Positions 34,901 to 46,100 of a DNA stretch of 64,000 nt are shown in pieces. Numbering within the stretch: position 1 is the stretch's first letter; every line of letters starts with the position of its first letter. Made by a program: the position numbers and the translations under genes. This DNA is from Phoronis australis. Lineage: Eukaryota; Animalia; Phoronida. The notes beneath the pieces were generated by a model, which did not search any database, had not been told where the DNA came from, and worked only from the letters and a program-made list of their open reading frames with translations. Location: the NCBI GenBank assembly GCA_002633005.1, contig NMRA01000008.1:1506206-1570205 (forward strand), given 5' to 3'.

Positions 34901-37900
34901 ATGCCCCGTGGCTGCAGCCCAACTTTTCAATGCCCATGGCAGCAGCCTAACTATTCAGTGCTACCTCAGCATGTATGAATCTGCCAGATTTTTTTTTGCC
35001 AGTCTTAGCTGTTGGTAAGTGCAACGCATGCTGGTCTATTCATATTCATGTCATGAAAAACTGGTGGAAAAACTAATAAGGGTTTCCCGGTTATGGATTG
35101 ACCGATGTATGCTGGCCCTTGCCATAATTAAAAATGTAACCATCGGGTAAAGACTCTGTCGTGGGTTTCATGATGTTGATTACCGTGTTGAGCTTGCTGC
35201 CAACCTGTAGTTCACTTGAACACACTGAATAGATACAAGGATCCCGCATTTTGAGAAAAAGTTTTCTCTGCTGAATAATGGGACATCAAACTGGTTCTCA
35301 AAATCCGGGACCCTGTAAGTGACTGTTGCCCTGAATCTGGTCAACAGTGGAGTCGGTCACCGTGAGTTTCTGATAGCGATCACCAGGGACATGTGTTCCA
35401 TCAACGACATTTTTTCACCTTTTCAATTATTCAAAAATATATCCGGGCATACGTTTGTAAACAAGGAGCTTATAAATGGAAAATAGTTAAGGGAGTTTAT
35501 GGTATCGATTGTGCCATTTATTTTGTTAGTTTAGTTAAGCGTTAGTTACCAGGGCTTGGAATTTTCCGCGGAAACGCGGATTTCCGCTTTTTTCAAATGT
35601 GCTGTCCGCTTTTTTATAATATTTCCGCGTAAAAAAAATCGGATTTGATATAAAATTTCCGCGGCAAATTCCTTTCTTACCGCGGCGTTGCAGACGACGT
35701 TCACCTCGAAAAGCGGAAGTTGCTCTTTATGTTTCGGAGGAACGTAAATTGTCAACATTGCCGGGGCACCTGGGACAGTGTGGTGGGATTTTCAATGGCG
35801 TCTCGTGTTATTGTTAAGCGCGGCGACAAATATTACCGCTCTGCAGCCAAAAATGTGTGGGGTTGGGAGTGGACGGGCGAGCTAAAAGGACGCAGACGCA
35901 TGCTACTGATGGTGGTAACGTTTTCTTTTTTTAGTCCTCTGGATTTTTGTCGAGGAAAGGTTCACATTGACCATTTCAAGGCTGGTTAGCGGGCATGATT
36001 TGAGCCGTAAAAGTTTCCGCGTTTTTTGTCATTGGTCATTCCAAGCCCCGAGTAACATTATTCTGTAGATACAATCCCAAAATGCACGTAAATAAACTGC
36101 CCTGTTTCTCACAAGGCATTTAGTTTTCTTTGACACTCGCTAACACTGCTTAGTTTGGGAACTCCCTCAAAGCACAGAACGTTTCAATCGTGACACCCAA
36201 AAATAGACCCATAGGCCTGTGTTTGAAGTTTTATTTTTACCTAATGTAGGCCTATGCATCATTTGTTCAATCATGGTGACCACAGGCAAGATGTGGCAAA
36301 CTGGTAGTGGTTGCCATGGTGACCATCTTACATAACTGTTGTTGCATGCTCTGCTGATAAGTGTCTTATCTGGTGAAGTGTAAAGCTGAAATGTGTGTGT
36401 ATGATGACTCTGGGGATTTGTTCATTAACTTATAACCAAGCCAAAAATGATGATGTCTTCCCTTTAAACATAGACAGTGGTGTCAACTATAAATTAATCA
36501 TTGCTCTGTACCAGGCTCTTCCATGTTTATGCCCTGAGCATTTAAATTGAGAAACTCAAAAATTCAGTTCAGCACCAGGGTGTATTCAACAGAAGCTAGG
36601 CATTCAAACATGAAATTGTTGAAATCCTGGAGACAATATTCAGCCTAACGTGGGTATATCCCAGAGGAGCACAGTGGACTTGTTCTTAGTGAAGCTTTAT
36701 GCTCGATTACAATCCAAATTCGACCACATGTATGTCTCAGTGAGAAAACTAGTCTCTTGCTATGCCTTAGGGACAGCATTCACACGACTATAGTTTAGCT
36801 GACAATTTGGAGTGACTGAGGAGACTGTTAGATTTCTTGTTTTTACAAATGTCTACCGTAAATTTGTAGTCCCTGTGTGTAAAATTTTTATTGGCACTGG
36901 GCAGTGGACACAAAACGTCGGGATTAAGGGTCACCAAACTGCTTGCCAAAACACTTGTTTAATGTTGTTTTGTATTGTGTCTACGACGTTGAAGCCCCAT
37001 CAAATTTTTATTGGTGTGTACCCTGTATGAGGTTATTAAACAGATGCCAAAAACACGTCATGCAAGTGTTAAAAGAAGCTAGGTGTCATTCCAAAAGGCA
37101 AACTATGGATGTTAACTGCCAGCGTATGAATTGAGCGTATATTTTGTGTACTGTTTTGCAGGAATTACCTGAACTTCTTGACTGAGGAGTTGAAGAACCC
37201 CAACAAGAATCTTCCCATTGCCATCTGGGTCTCGTGCACCCTGGTCATGGTTATATATGTATTGGCTAACGTGGCCTACTTCACCTCTGTCAGTCCTCAG
37301 GAAATGTTGGCCACCCCCGCTGTTGCAGTGGTAAGTCCCAGCTCCTGCCAATGGTAGGAATCAGTTTTCTGAAAAATCAGTTTTCAGGGTTGTAATGTTG
37401 GAGAGTGACGCTGCTTTGGTGCAGAATACATGTCGCTGTGATTTACATTCGGTAAAAATTCTGTGATGGTGAACAATTAGTTTGCTCAAAGTTGTGGCTT
37501 AATTGCACCAAATTTTCGAAATTGGGCAATATTGGCCCGTCCCAAATTCAAAACTTACTATCAGCAACAAAAAATCATCGAGCTCACTGTTACACACCAC
37601 AGGAATGTTACGTCAACGGCTACTTTTGACAATTTCGTGAACTGTATATAGTCTCTTCAGACTCACTGATCTAACATTTGAGAAATATGATAAAGCCTAA
37701 AGTTGCCCTTGTCCCAATCTTCAGAATCAAGAAAATACGAAGTCCTAAATTTTTTAGAGACTGTCTAAAACTGGGGGATTTTCAGTTTAATAATGGCAAA
37801 GGTCAAGATAAGATTTTAGCTTTGGATATGTAGTGGAGGAAGTGAGTATGTCTGATCTCAGGTTCACATGCTGACTGAAATTTTAGCATTTTCACCAGCA

Positions 37901-40900
37901 TTTTCGCTTTGAGCAAAAATACCAGTCGCTAAGGTCACTTTTGCTCGACGTGTACTGGAGGTTTGTGTTACCTCAAAACTACTGGGCCGTTTTTGCTAGC
38001 AATTTTGCAGCCAGGCCGCTTACTTCAACGGACACACCTTTGGAAGGGTAAGAGGCACACGTAATACACATCAATCAATTTTTGACAAATAGAAAATGTG
38101 TTTTGACATCAATTTTAGCTTAAAAGTGACCCTGGTGTTGAGGAAACAAACTAACTGCTGAGGAAAATTGCCCCTTTGGGGACATCTCGCCGGCAGCTCA
38201 CCTGTTTGGCTAAAATGCTGGCAGTGAAATTGCTAGCGTTTCTGCCACTTATGTGTACCGGGTATCAGTGAAGGTCTACCTAGTGAAGGTCTACCTGTCC
38301 AATTGTTTTCTTTCTAAAGCAGCTGTAAACCTCGCCTTCCTCACCAAACCTATATTTTTGTTTCTAAGATAACTGTTACGAAATTGGTCGCAACGTCTTA
38401 ATTGCTCGGATTTCTGGGTTTGGGAGGAAGTGACAGTTTGTCATTGACTGAGGCTATGCTCAGCTCGTGAAACGTCCAACCCGGTCAAGCCATCTTATCG
38501 AGCCTGGCTTTGAGCAGTGTCGTGTGTCAGTTCTTCGCAAGTCGAGGGTCTGTGACCATCAACTTCACTCGAGATTGTTAAAAAACTTACAAATTTACTC
38601 TAAAGCATTGCAGTTGGTCCATTTTTACGTAAATTCTCAAGTACGGTTCGTGTCCGTAAATCTCATCTAATCTGAGTGTGGGACATGTGTAGACCAGTGT
38701 TAAAGTGGTAACTGGTCCGTCAAAAGTCATCTTTTGATGAAATTAAGGTTAGGCCAAAAAGAGTCGAGTTGGTTCGGGTCTCTACCCGACTCATTTTGAG
38801 ACCTGTGTTAAGCGACTGAAAAGAAGAAGTCCCCGCCCGTATCAATTTCAGTCGAGGTGTTTTGCTCTTTTTTGAAAAGCTACACAAAGTCACCTATAGC
38901 AAGGGTGATCCAGGTTTGAAACACCATTAGTTGCCAAGCAAAAAAAAAAACGGAAACAAAAAAAACGGAAACAAATCCTGCATCATTTTTGCTCGTCTTT
39001 GGTGAATTTTCTTTTTTGGAAAAGTGAGCAATTGAAAAATACGACTTCGCTGACTCGATTTATCCAAAAAAGGCTGAAACAATCAATGCCTTTTAGGTCT
39101 TATAACAGCATTACTTGTTGCTAATGGTTATGTTTTGCATGTTCTAGGTCATGGCCAAGAAGTTGTATGGTGTCATGTGGTGGCTGGTTCCTATTTTTGT
39201 CGCCATGTCAACATTTGGCAGTGTCAACGGTATTGTGCTGACGTCCTCGCGTACGTTCTACGTAGGCGCCAGGGAGAATCACATGCCACAGGTGTTGAGC
39301 ATGATTCAGATTCAGCGCCTGACCCCTCTACCCGCTGTCTTGTTTACGGTACGTAATACGGAATTCAGATGTGAAGTTTTTGTAAGAAGTCAAATGGCTG
39401 GTTTGATCAGAGGGCAGATCAGATGAGTGTTAACAAAGGCATCATATTGGTCATCTGACAATAATTAGCATTAATATTCAAAATGTTTTTATTCTGGCCA
39501 ATCGTGTGTCATCACCATGTAGGGATAGAGCCTGAAATCTCTTCGTAGGAATGGAGGTTTCTCTTTACGAGGCTGATCTGGAGTTTGATTTTTAAAGGCA
39601 GATCAGATGCCTAACAAGCATTCACACGTGAAATTTTGTCAGACTGGATCATACATCTAATTTGCCTTTTGATCAAACAGCTTTCAAGCGCTGTAAAACA
39701 AACCGGAGGGCACAACAGTCAGTGAACTCCTTTTGGTTCACGGTAATATCGCTTGTAATTAAGAATACTTACCAGCTGTAATAAAGAACTAAAACGAAGT
39801 GTTTCAGTTTTTCCACTCGAGTATCAACATCAAACGGGTTCTCAAAATTCGGGACCCCTGTAGGTGGCGCTTGTGTTCAGATTTAGCAACTTGCACCTAA
39901 CGTGGATTTCAAATTAACGAAAAAATATTTGGAACAGAAGTATTATTTCAGTTATAGCCTTGTGGGGCTTAATGGATGCATAGATGACAGGAATGTGACT
40001 CTCGGTATCCAAGGAACTCAATATAACATCCCAAATCCTTGGAAACTAAGGAACTCAATATGATTCATCCCAAATCCTTGGTAGCCAAAGAACTCGACAT
40101 GATACATCCCAAAAGTATTCTGACAAAACTGGTGTTACTAAGTCGTTTTTGCTATTTTGTCATCACGTAGGAATTGCGCTTGTGGTCAGCCGTCACGACA
40201 GAATTCTGGATGCTTCTGTCTAACTATTTTTAACTCAATTTCCACACGTACTTTTGGTAGTGACTTTGATAATTCGAGCACAATGTAGTTCATCATTTTT
40301 GTAAGCCAGCGCGTCAATTTTATTTTAGGGCATAATGAGCTGTGTCTATCTGGTCTCCACCGACTTGTACGCTCTCATCAACTACGTAGGCTTCGTCAAC
40401 TGGCTGTCCATTGGTCTATCGGTCGTAGCTCTGCTTTGGTTCAGACACAGTCGCCCCGATGCGGAGCGCCCTATAAAGGTATGTTGGGGGCAGTATTTAT
40501 GCAGTCGTCAAAAATCGACTTGCCTTTAGACAGACACCAATTCTAATTCTTGACTTGTTGTCAAGACAGCAATGCATTGTTGACAGTCATAATGTGTTAT
40601 GAAGTTTCACTTGATTTGTTGTGGATTTACAGGTTAAACAGCTGCACTTGTCCAAGTGAATGCCCTGCTTTGGCTAAATCCCTAGCTCCAAACTTTCACT
40701 TGTAATATTGTACCCACCCCCAGCTCTTCTCTGTTGAGAAGTCACGTCTCATTTGAGTATAGTCAGTGTTGAGACTAGATCTTATGTAGTAGATCGTTTG
40801 ATGGGAAATTTTCAGAAAATAATGGAGGCTGATCTCTTTTACCGCCACTTGGGTGTACCAGGAGGTATTTCTTCTTCACAGCAAGTGGCGTAGGGAAACA

Positions 40901-43169
40901 TTTTGACTTTGTGAAAAGACCCTTTTATAGTGTGTGTGATTATACATGGTGCGATGTAAACAAAAGTTAATGTGCCTCCTTGTCTTAGTATGGTCAGTCA
41001 CCACAGTGCTACATGAAAGTCAAATTTACTGATATTTTGTGGAATGGAGCTTCAGTTTGAAATAAAATTGAAAAACCGAGGGGGTTCATTCGATCACGAG
41101 TGTGTGACGTAGCACAAGCGAGTTATTGCCAAATACCACAGATTTTGTGTAATGTTCATATTGTAATTGCCTCGTGTACAATTTGCCTACAGCATGACGT
41201 ACATTGTGTTGTAGGTGGCGCTAGTGTGGCCCATCTCTTACACCATCATGTCCGTGTTTCTCATTGTCGTGCCGCTGTACGCCAGTCCCGTGGAGACCGG
41301 CCTCGGCTGCCTCATCATTCTCACAGGCGTCCCAGTCTACCTTATTTGTGTAGCGTGGACGAGCAAACCCAAGATAATCCAACGGAAAATGGGTAAGTAG
41401 ATTCCTGAAATTCAATCTTTCACGAGTCTTCAGTCCCATTGAGCTGGTTGCTGACCGCAGTTGATTCTTTTGACAACTTGGTTGGGATACTAATCCCGAG
41501 TGCCAAGATACAGTATAACTGCCCAGAACATGTATTAATCTGTGTGTCTTTACTCGAAGAAGCCCAGTAACAGAGATCACCATACCTTTCTTTTTAAGTC
41601 TGCATGGAACTGAATGAGGTCAGGACCTGCATACAGGGGAGGTCGTGACCGCTGTGATACTCAAATGGGCAGTGAAATTGTGGCATTTTACTTTTTTTTT
41701 TGAAATATAAAGCAGCTTTAGAGAGTCGGACGTTGAAGGTTTGATTTAAACCACTTAACCAGTGTTAAAAAGAAAGTTCATTTCCAGTGATAACACGTGT
41801 GAAAGAATGCATATGTATTTTGACACATACGTGCCACGCGTACACTTTGGGTGTTTTGAGACCAGACATCAAATTTGAAGTGAAATAGGGACATAAAGAA
41901 GTATTTTCAATAAAAGTTATTGCTTTATCTCAGTCTAAACACACATCAATCAAGCAAATTTCCACAGGTAAATTTATTGTTTGTTAAGTTATCAAAAAGC
42001 CATCTTGAAATCGAAAATACCACAGGAATGCCTACTTACGTTCAAGTTAAAAATTGTTGAATGTATTATCGTGTAGTCTATCACTGAAATATATATCAAT
42101 GAAAAATGTTGTTTTATTGCAAACAGTCATTGGATTTTTCATAGCGCATTGAAACAATTTGTAAACACCCTGGGCGTAGGTGCGTTGGCAAGAGTGTGGT
42201 TGTCAGAAAGAACTTAAGAGGTCACTGGTGCAAATCTTGCTGACCAGTACATTGTCTTTTTAGTAAAATTTTGCAAAAGTACATTCTTTAGCAAAACATC
42301 AATATCAGTAGCACATTCAAATTTTATTTTGATGTAAATGTTCAAGGTGAAATCTCAAAAACACTAGTTTTCTAAACTTTTTGTTTTTTGATCGCCCTTA
42401 CAGTCAAAAGACGATCCCTAACAGGATTTTTGAGAACAGTGCATTAATTGTAGAATCTAAAAGTTTAATGTGAATCCAATCGGCCATTTCTGAGATGCAA
42501 AGTTCCAAAGTTAAGCCATTGTTCTAGGGTAGTGCATAACGTTAAAGATGTATTTGCATGGTCTTAACATAGCTAATGTAGGGCGGCAACTAAACTACAA
42601 TGCTGTTTTAACATAACTACGCTTAACAATGCTGTTTTAACATAACTACGCTTAACAATGCTGTTTTAACATAACTACGCTTAACAATGTTGTTTTAACA
42701 TAACTACGCTTAACAATGCTGTTTTAACATAACTACGCTTAACAATGTGTTCTTGTATTCATTGGCAGCTTGTAAATGTGAAAACAAAAAATTCAGGTGA
42801 CCTTTGCTCTAATGACATACCTTGGGGGGCTCACATAACTAGCATCATGCAGCGTTATTCCCCAACACCACGTCACGATACTTACGGGACAGGGTTTAGT
42901 GATTTGCAGCAAATCATTTTCGCCACAAAACTCGTTCTTAAAAACATTTGACAACTTACAAGCTACTTGATATTCACGTCGTCACGGTATGTTTCGTTTC
43001 TAATTTGACCAAGCAATCACAGAGATAAGGAATTAGCATGCGAGTGCCACTTGCTAGAATGTATGGGTAAAGTGAATGTTGTTCCATTTCAGATGCGTTC
43101 ACAATGGCCTTTCAGAAAGCTTTCTTGGTAGTGCAAGAAGAGAAAGAAGATGAAGAGAAGTCTTCTTAG
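4790..43169 (+). CDS. SLC7A5/SLC7A8-like: L-type (heteromeric) amino acid transporter light chain, SLC7 family; spliced CDS join(4790..4985,17789..18106,26382..26507,32652..32751,37162..37330,39148..39348,40329..40478,41215..41392,43093..43169), 504 aa
   Basis: Family motifs [38 protein letters not shown] (heavy-chain disulfide Cys, about C156), [32 protein letters not shown]. All introns are GT-AG, phases 1,1,1,2,0,0,0,1 are consistent, total 1515 nt ends in TAG. The exact paralog (LAT1/LAT2/y+LAT) cannot be fixed without phylogeny. Confidence 0.95.
5490..6014. mobile_element. Kolobok-like MITE, 19-bp perfect TIR AGTGTAAATTGCAAGGTCT, TTAA TSD
   Basis: TTAA at 5486-5489 and 6015-6018; AG...CT termini. 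Confidence 0.8.
6140..7237. mobile_element. Harbinger-like element (GRCCC...GGGCC ends) interrupted by the 6481-7085 MITE; second copy at 15677-16330
   Basis: Shared sequence tact.acttaactc.ggtatga...gatgtaaactg...cagtggcccctg.tgataact...aaaagggcc. Confidence 0.55.
6481..7085. mobile_element. About 600-bp MITE, 13-bp TIR CAGTGTTCTCCAC, 5-bp TSD GGACT (hAT5-like)
   Basis: TSD at 6476-6480 and 7086-7090; homologous to 7670-8967. Confidence 0.85.
7670..8967. mobile_element. Second copy of the CAGTGTTCTCCAC MITE, 5-bp TSD CTTAT, carrying a nested 500-bp element
   Basis: TSD at 7665-7669 and 8968-8972. Confidence 0.85.
7926..8425 (+). mobile_element. 500-bp MITE, TIR CAGGGCTTGGAAT, about 6-bp TSD (tataat/aataat), nested
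   Basis: Empty site visible in the sister copy (ttttataatacc near 6711-6722); second copy at 35550-36050. Confidence 0.85.
10191..11370 (+). mobile_element. Helentron-associated (HINE/DINE-1-like) non-autonomous element with about 145-bp internal repeats
   Basis: T-run start, subTIR tatgcgccca, short IR tgtggacgcat, TCCG/TCTG microsatellite, core repeats, 3' subTIR tgggcgcat plus hairpin caacgc-tcc-gcgttg, end gctcttgt. Confidence 0.75.
11671..13970 (+). repeat. About 1.14-kb near-identical tandem duplication (11671-12811, N, 12813-13970)
   Basis: Direct alignment by eye; junction is an N at 12812; duplicated ORFs 11748-11978 and 12890-13120. Confidence 0.9.
12231..12600. mobile_element. 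Kolobok-like MITE (TTAA|AGATGC...CATCT); duplicate at 13372-13745
   Basis: TIR-like gtctcattaa/ttaatgagac; inverted copy at 15849-16265. Confidence 0.7.
13962..14120 (+). mobile_element. About 160-bp MITE with TAGCCT-type ends (Academ-like); inverted copy at 61752-61912
   Basis: Internal IR cgttcagta(g)acgctaggacct; two dispersed copies. Confidence 0.65.
15140..15260 (-). mobile_element. Degenerate tRNA-derived SINE head
   Basis: GGGAGGCAGTGTGGCCTAGTGG (A-box TGGCCTAGTGG) followed by ccttgag motif; B-box decayed. Confidence 0.35.
15849..16265. mobile_element. Kolobok-like MITE with TTAA TSD nested in a Harbinger-like element
   Basis: TTAA at 15845-15848 and 16266-16269; AGATG...CATCT ends. 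Confidence 0.75.
17789..18106 (+). CDS. SLC7A5/SLC7A8-like: SLC7 coding exon 2 ([10 protein letters not shown]...LLAAFCI)
   Basis: Acceptor tgtttcAG 17787-17788, donor GTGAGT 18107; encodes TM2-TM3 and PIFPTC. Confidence 0.95.
18178..19902 (+). mobile_element. Longer copy of the HINE-like element (11 core repeats)
   Basis: Same termini and cores as 10191-11370; starts about 70 nt after the exon donor at 18107. Confidence 0.75.
24724..24905. repeat. Long imperfect inverted repeat (about 62-bp arms), foldback/MITE-like
   Basis: tttttgtttgacagcttaatacagact...ctttcttcagg versus cctgaagaaagg...agtctgtattaagttgtcaaacaaaaa. Confidence 0.8.
26309..26397 (+). repeat. 21-nt degenerate tandem repeat (4+ units starting TTCAT) spanning the exon 3 acceptor
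   Basis: Units start at 26309, 26330, 26351, 26372 and 26393. Confidence 0.75.
26382..26507 (+). CDS. SLC7A5/SLC7A8-like: SLC7 coding exon 3 ([25 protein letters not shown]...RLGL)
   Basis: Acceptor ttcAG 26380-26381, donor GTAAGT 26508. Confidence 0.93.
27140..27177 (+). repeat. (GT)n microsatellite
   Basis: Seen directly. Confidence 0.9.
28130..28460 (+). repeat. Dispersed repeat with internal periodic units; related copy at about 31150-31850
   Basis: Shared gcctattgtttttg.tt.aaatcgg...caagat.gc..tgtgg..gccattttt; a further unit near 31645-31700. Confidence 0.6.
28941..30166 (+). mobile_element. Decayed, internally deleted piggyBac-like transposon
   Basis: Ends ctctttca / tgaaagag followed by TTAA (30167-30170); subterminal direct repeats gttacttgg.gtt.a; transposase fragment inside. 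Confidence 0.6.
29331..29815 (+). pseudogene. piggyBac transposase N-terminal fragment with stops and a frameshift
   Basis: Acidic N-terminus [15 protein letters not shown], then [24 protein letters not shown] and [13 protein letters not shown], resembling the PGBD (DDE_Tnp_1_7) pattern F..F.....IV..TN.YA / E.K.F.G. Confidence 0.65.
32199..32519. mobile_element. Kolobok-like MITE, TTAA TSD
   Basis: TTAA|AGGGACATTATG ... CATAATGTCATT|TTAA. Confidence 0.6.
32652..32751 (+). CDS. SLC7A5/SLC7A8-like: SLC7 coding exon 4 ([13 protein letters not shown]...GLFAYNGW), missing from ORF track
   Basis: Acceptor ttctAG 32650-32651, donor GTAAGT 32752; TM6 motif. Confidence 0.95.
35550..36050 (+). mobile_element. 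Second copy of the 500-bp CAGGGCTTGGAAT MITE, about 6-bp TSD (agttac/agtaac)
   Basis: Collinear with 7926-8425. Confidence 0.85.
37162..37330 (+). CDS. SLC7A5/SLC7A8-like: SLC7 coding exon 5 ([18 protein letters not shown]...PAVAV)
   Basis: Acceptor ttgcAG 37160-37161, donor GTAAGT 37331. Confidence 0.95.
39148..39348 (+). CDS. SLC7A5/SLC7A8-like: SLC7 coding exon 6 (VMAKKLYG...PLPAVLFT)
   Basis: Acceptor ttctAG 39146-39147, donor GTACGT 39349. Confidence 0.95.
40003..40112 (+). repeat. Degenerate tandem repeat of about 40 bp, 3 copies
   Basis: aaggaactcaatat...catcccaaatccttgg units. Confidence 0.65.
40329..40478 (+). CDS. SLC7A5/SLC7A8-like: SLC7 coding exon 7 (GIMSCVYL...ERPIK)
   Basis: Acceptor ttttAG 40327-40328, donor GTATGT 40479. 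Confidence 0.95.
41215..41392 (+). CDS. SLC7A5/SLC7A8-like: SLC7 coding exon 8 (VALVWP...IIQRKM)
   Basis: Acceptor tgtAG 41213-41214, donor GTAAGT 41393. Confidence 0.94.
42598..42747 (+). repeat. 29-bp minisatellite, about 5 copies (caatgctgttttaacataactacgcttaa)
   Basis: Units start at 42598, 42627, 42656, 42685 and 42714. Confidence 0.95.
43093..43169 (+). CDS. SLC7A5/SLC7A8-like: SLC7 last coding exon ([25 protein letters not shown])
   Basis: Acceptor tttcAG 43091-43092; QK..LVV C-terminal signature of LATs; TAG 43167-43169. Confidence 0.92.
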
Positions 43170-46100
43170 GTGACCCGACTTGCTGGCTCATACCTGTCTC
43201 TTATTTGTGGGTTGCGTGCTTGTAGGATGTTTGTTATTGTTTCATTTTGCTGGGAGCTGCTTCTGTCTGGGTGCACGAGTTCAAGTCCAAGTTAAGTCTG
43301 TCACGGTATATAGTCGCTGTGAGCCACGGCGTTAAAACTTTAAGGAGTCAGCACCGAATCGTACTCGCGTGATCGTTAACAATCTGCGGCGATCCGTAGG
43401 TGATTACTGTGTTTTCAAACCGTCACCGTATTCACCATGCAACATTCTTTACCTTAGAATTTTGAGGCATCAGTAATGGCTCATAGCCGTCCGGGAAAGA
43501 TTGCAAATTTCTGCACACACTGTAAGAGGTTACTGTTATAGTTGCTACCAGTTTGCAGGTGAAGTAGACGAGCAACTTTGCTGTAGCATTGTGGTCTTGT
43601 TTGCTGCTTTGCTGCAGTTATTGCAACACCTTGAGTTGTGGTGGAAATCATAAAGGAAATCAGAATCCATTAATTGGAAATCTCAATGAATCCAGGCCTG
43701 ATTGTGAATTAGTTTTGAGTGACGTTACATACTCTATGGTAGGCAATGAAACTGAATCAAAATTCATGCAACCTCATTTACTGTACATGAATCCTTACTT
43801 TTTTGCAAAATCACAGAATTGTTTTTTTTGTCTCGGAATCAATTTTAATTCGGTTTTTTCTTCAGTGACAAGTCGTCGAATCATTGGTACACTAGCTTAT
43901 AGTGACCTTAACAGTGTCTTGGCCGACAAGCAGCCACCAAGATGGCGCTGCTGCTAACCGTCAGCAGTACCGTGATAATCTAACTTGGGCTTTAACGAAG
44001 TTTGTGCCTTTTTGTGTTCACAGCATACACTCCTGTGATGACTGTTGAGGCCTTGTTAAGCTGGGTCACGCTTTGATCCGGTTTGGTTACATACTCGCAG
44101 AAGATTATATTACTATAACTACATTGTTCTATATGATCACGTGACTGTGAACGCGAGTTCCGCGTCTGAGCTGGTTTAGAGATTGGGAATGAAGTGACTG
44201 CCAGACGAGCACCATATTGAATACCTCTTGTAAGACGTCTGAAAGTTGACTTCATGTGTTGTCTCATTGGCTCTTGACTTAGCGAGCGAGTCTCAAGGAA
44301 ATTGCAATACTCGGTGCATTTGTGTGAGTTAGATGGATTTAAACTGGTTGGCAAGTGTCCATGACCCCTGCACACAGGACATGGACCCGAAGCCATGGAA
44401 TTTTGAGGTTGAAGTGTCTATTGTTTGAGTGATCGTTCCAACAAATTTCTGGACCAATTTGGGTGAGGAACTCGTGTATTCTGCAGATTGAGCTGGTTTA
44501 GGGTGTACAGTACACGCCAACTGTGTTTGGACAAAATGACCTGGAATATCTTGTCATGGCGGCTGGTTGAAAGCTGAATTCATCGTCGTAGTAGCCTTCC
44601 CTCATGGCCGAGAATAAAGGATAATCAATAGGAAACTTGGAAAAGGTGGCCAAGTCGTAATGAGAATTGTGGCACCACAATAGCTATTTCTAGTCGTTTT
44701 TCCTGTTAACAGAGTATTTTGTCATGATGGAAAATGGTATTTTGTCTGATAACTATTGTCGTGTACTGCAGAAATATTTATGTTAATAAGTGAAATTAGC
44801 CTATTACGCTATGAGAATGATAGTGTTGTATAATGTCTGAAAGTTTTCAAATCTTAGTTGGGCATTGGACTTCCACGATTATATTATTTAGTATACTTCG
44901 GCAGTATTGCCCTTCTGAGTCTAAATGGTGGACTATTGGTTTGTTCATCAATGAAACAATGTACCCTAGTCCAACTGGTAACTGTCTTGACTCTGTGTCA
45001 TGTCTTTGTACTTCCCTCTTGACACCATTTTGTCTTTGTTAACTGCATTTTTCAAATTCGGACCCATTTTATAATGAGAGTGTCTTGGTATGAAATAAAT
45101 TGGGTGGCAAACAATTATCATTTGATCAAAAAATCTGAAGTTGCTAGTCAATGTCGAGCTTTTGAAATCTTTGTTTTCATTTTAAAAAATTGTTCTGTTT
45201 TAAAGTAGCTTTATTAGAAAGTTTGAAAAAATGAAACATTTTAAAAGTAACATTTGTGTAATGTGTGGGGTTCATTTGTGTGTTTGTCTATTTAACCTTA
45301 GAATGATTGCTTACAACAGAAATTGCCTAAAAAATAAAAAAATATTAAAGGGATATTTTGTATATAGTCTATGGTTCAGACCGTTCAGTAGTTATTCTCT
45401 TAATTGAAATCACTGTGGTTATATGACATCTTAACAAGTAGCAGCTCAGAATAGGAATTGAAATTTTCGATATCTACTGAACACGCCTAAAATATTCCGA
45501 CAACATGACCTTGAATTCCCCGTCGTGAATACTTCTTGGGTCTACTAAGTTTAAGCTTTTATTTTGCATGGCCTGCTCAAGAAATTGTAAAAATATGCAT
45601 TGTTTATTGTAGCTTATTTATGTGGTAAGTTGTTAACAACTGGATAAAAATCAACGCACATGGGCGCTTGGATTTTTAGAAAGAGCCCTCTGCCAACCTG
45701 AAGTGTCTGTCTGCATTTGGGGTTGTTGCTATGTGAGATATTTGGCAATGAATACATTTACATGGTTCCTATTGGTCATGGATAACCTAGAAAATGACAC
45801 AAATCCTTGCCATGCATGGAAAACTTGGAGAAGGATAAATGATAAAAACTTGTAATGGATGAAAAAGGATTATGGCTCTGAGGAAGTTTCCTAATTTTGC
45901 TAGTCATGACACCAGTCATTAGCAAAAATTACTATTGTGTCGTGGAAAGGGAATAACATGTCCTGGGAACTGTGGTTTTATGTAAAGTTTGTGGCAGCTT
46001 GTGTAGATATGTTGTACATGGTATGTTCTTGTAATAGTATGACACAGTTTGTGTAGTTATGTTATACATGGTATGTTCTTGTAATGGTGGAGGTAGTTTG

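Noticed and set aside
41187-41214. Upstream alternative acceptor (ctacAG 41191-41192) of SLC7 exon 8
   Set aside because: The 22-nt offset causes a frameshift; homology supports 41215
42598-42747. CRISPR-like 29-bp repeats
   Set aside because: Head-to-tail with no spacers, in a eukaryotic intron, with no cas genes
43167-43295. Stop-codon readthrough extension of SLC7 (about 41 open codons after TAG)
   Set aside because: UAG-G is not a leaky context and no conservation evidence is available
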